Shown piece after piece: positions 62,720 to 64,000 of a DNA stretch of 64,000 bases. Made by a program: the position numbers and the translations under genes. Within the stretch, counting starts at the first letter, position 1. The number at the start of each line of letters is the position of its first letter. The notes below the pieces were generated by a model. That model was given only the letters and a program-made list of their open reading frames with translations, searched no databases and was not told where the DNA came from. The stretch comes from Antedon mediterranea (Eukaryota; Animalia; Echinodermata). The stretch spans positions 4,216,001 through 4,280,000 of the forward strand of contig NC_092680.1 in NCBI RefSeq assembly GCF_964355755.1, in the 5' to 3' direction.

Positions 62720-63921
62720 TTACACAGTTGTTACATATGCGTCAACCACCGTAATTTCCTCGTATGTAAACGCGATCGGCTGTTCGTCATAGAATTCTCT
62801 GTAAAGACGGTTTCTGCACCTCTTTCGGTATAATAGAATGTAATTGATTAAAGCTGCAAATACGTGTAAACCAGCGCATATGTAAAACGATAGGTCATAC
62901 GTCCCTGTCATTTCGTACATCATTCCTGAAAAGTGGAAAATAAACTAAATTAATCTTTTATAATATTAAATGTTATAAAGCTTGGTTCTCAATTGGACGC
63001 AACGCAACGTCGACGGCGCAACGCAAGTGTTGACAAATCACAAGCGACAGCCCGGATGATTCATCGCGTCGTGATTGGTCAAATTACTTGCGGTGCGCTT
63101 ACGTTCTTGTAGGAACCAAGCTCAATGTTTGGTTCCAACTAGACGCAAGCGCAACTTAAATGATTTTACCAATCATAATCAATTGATTATTTTCGTTTGC
63201 CATTGCGTTGCGTCTAAGTAGAAACCAATCTTTAGTTTGTTAAGCTCTGTCTACATTATCAAACTATAGTTTGACAAAAAAAATGTGTGATGTGCCCAAA
63301 TATGGTAGTGATATGCCCAAATATGGTAGTGATATATGCTCAAATATGGTAGTGATATGACATCATCATGTCCATATATGGGCGTCATTGGTTTCTTTCA
63401 TACGGGCATGTAGAGGTGTCCTTAATTCCTGATTTCATTTAATATACAAAATATATATTCAATATACAAGCGTATTTATTCAAAGTACGGCGATCTTATG
63501 TTAATTTCGATAGTGCTATAGTTCATTCTGAAAACTACATATAATAAAGCATTTTACGTAATATAAAAACTAAGATTAGTTTTTGTCATGAAATAACGAT
63601 TATGAGGAATTTGATAAACAGGCAAACTGCCTTAAAATGTCTTGACATGTTTTGAGAAACATCATCAGAACAGAAAACAATGCCTAGAGTACTTATATAC
63701 CTATAGGACAGGTTGTATGTAAATGAGGAAGTAATAATTTGTCATAACATGTTAATATGGACTGTAAAGTAACATACCTCCAACACCAGTAGCAAAAAGA
63801 CTACCGACACCAAAGCTACAGACGGCCATTGTACATGCCTGCACCTTGGATTCACTCGGAAAGACATCCACACAGAAGGCGTACTGGTAGCAGAGTGTTA
63901 CCGCTCTTGCAAGGCTTAGCA
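62720..63921 (-). CDS. 3' end of a monocarboxylate-transporter-like (SLC16/MFS) gene; exons 63778-63921 and 62720-62925; gene continues beyond window
   Basis: In-frame splice; TM segments and G.MYEMTGTYDLSFYICAG motif typical of the SLC16 TM11-12 loop. Confidence 0.7.
62979..63231. mobile_element. Two adjacent MITE family B copies (62979-63122, about 63127-63231)
   Basis: Family B TIRs and ACGCAA repeats, followed by a family A copy. Confidence 0.7.
63243..63382. mobile_element. MITE family A (truncated, three internal repeats)
   Basis: Left TIR and body. Confidence 0.75.
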
Positions 63922-64000
63922 CTAAAATGGAACAAAATTAGAAAAACAAATGTTGTTATGGCTGTAAAATGAATGTTTCCCTTAGTAGAAGAATGAGGAA

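Noticed and set aside
62329-62833. Repetitive ORFs and possible CRISPR array
   Set aside because: Contiguous 31-bp units with no unique spacers, no cas genes and a eukaryotic context; the ORFs are products of the repeat

Overview
AT-rich, intron-containing animal genomic DNA from an invertebrate; a marine deuterostome such as an echinoderm is plausible but is only a guess. The left 28 kb is a cluster of five secreted interleukin-17-family cystine-knot cytokine genes: a recently duplicated pair on + and three divergent copies on -. Their mature cysteine counts fall in matched pairs (10/10/10/6/4). Two copies have lost a core knot disulfide (CxC became FxC), and one carries a His-rich N-terminal extension. 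The right part holds PARPBP/PARI (10 coding exons), TRNAU1AP (9 exons) head-to-head with PAK1IP1 (7 exons), and the 3' end of an SLC16/MCT-like MFS transporter. The intergenic and intronic DNA is dense in non-autonomous DNA transposons: TWA- and CWG-target Harbinger-like MITEs, TTAA-target Kolobok-like elements, a CACTA-like element, two MULE-like foldback elements in tandem at one TTATTATTA site, and Helentron-like pieces. It also contains SINEs, a complete tRNA-like cloverleaf with an ATC anticodon, a young 5'-truncated L1/Tx1 LINE with a perfect 15-bp TSD, and several minisatellites. Exon models were built by hand from GT/AG sites and frame continuity. Family names come from recalled motifs, not from database searches.
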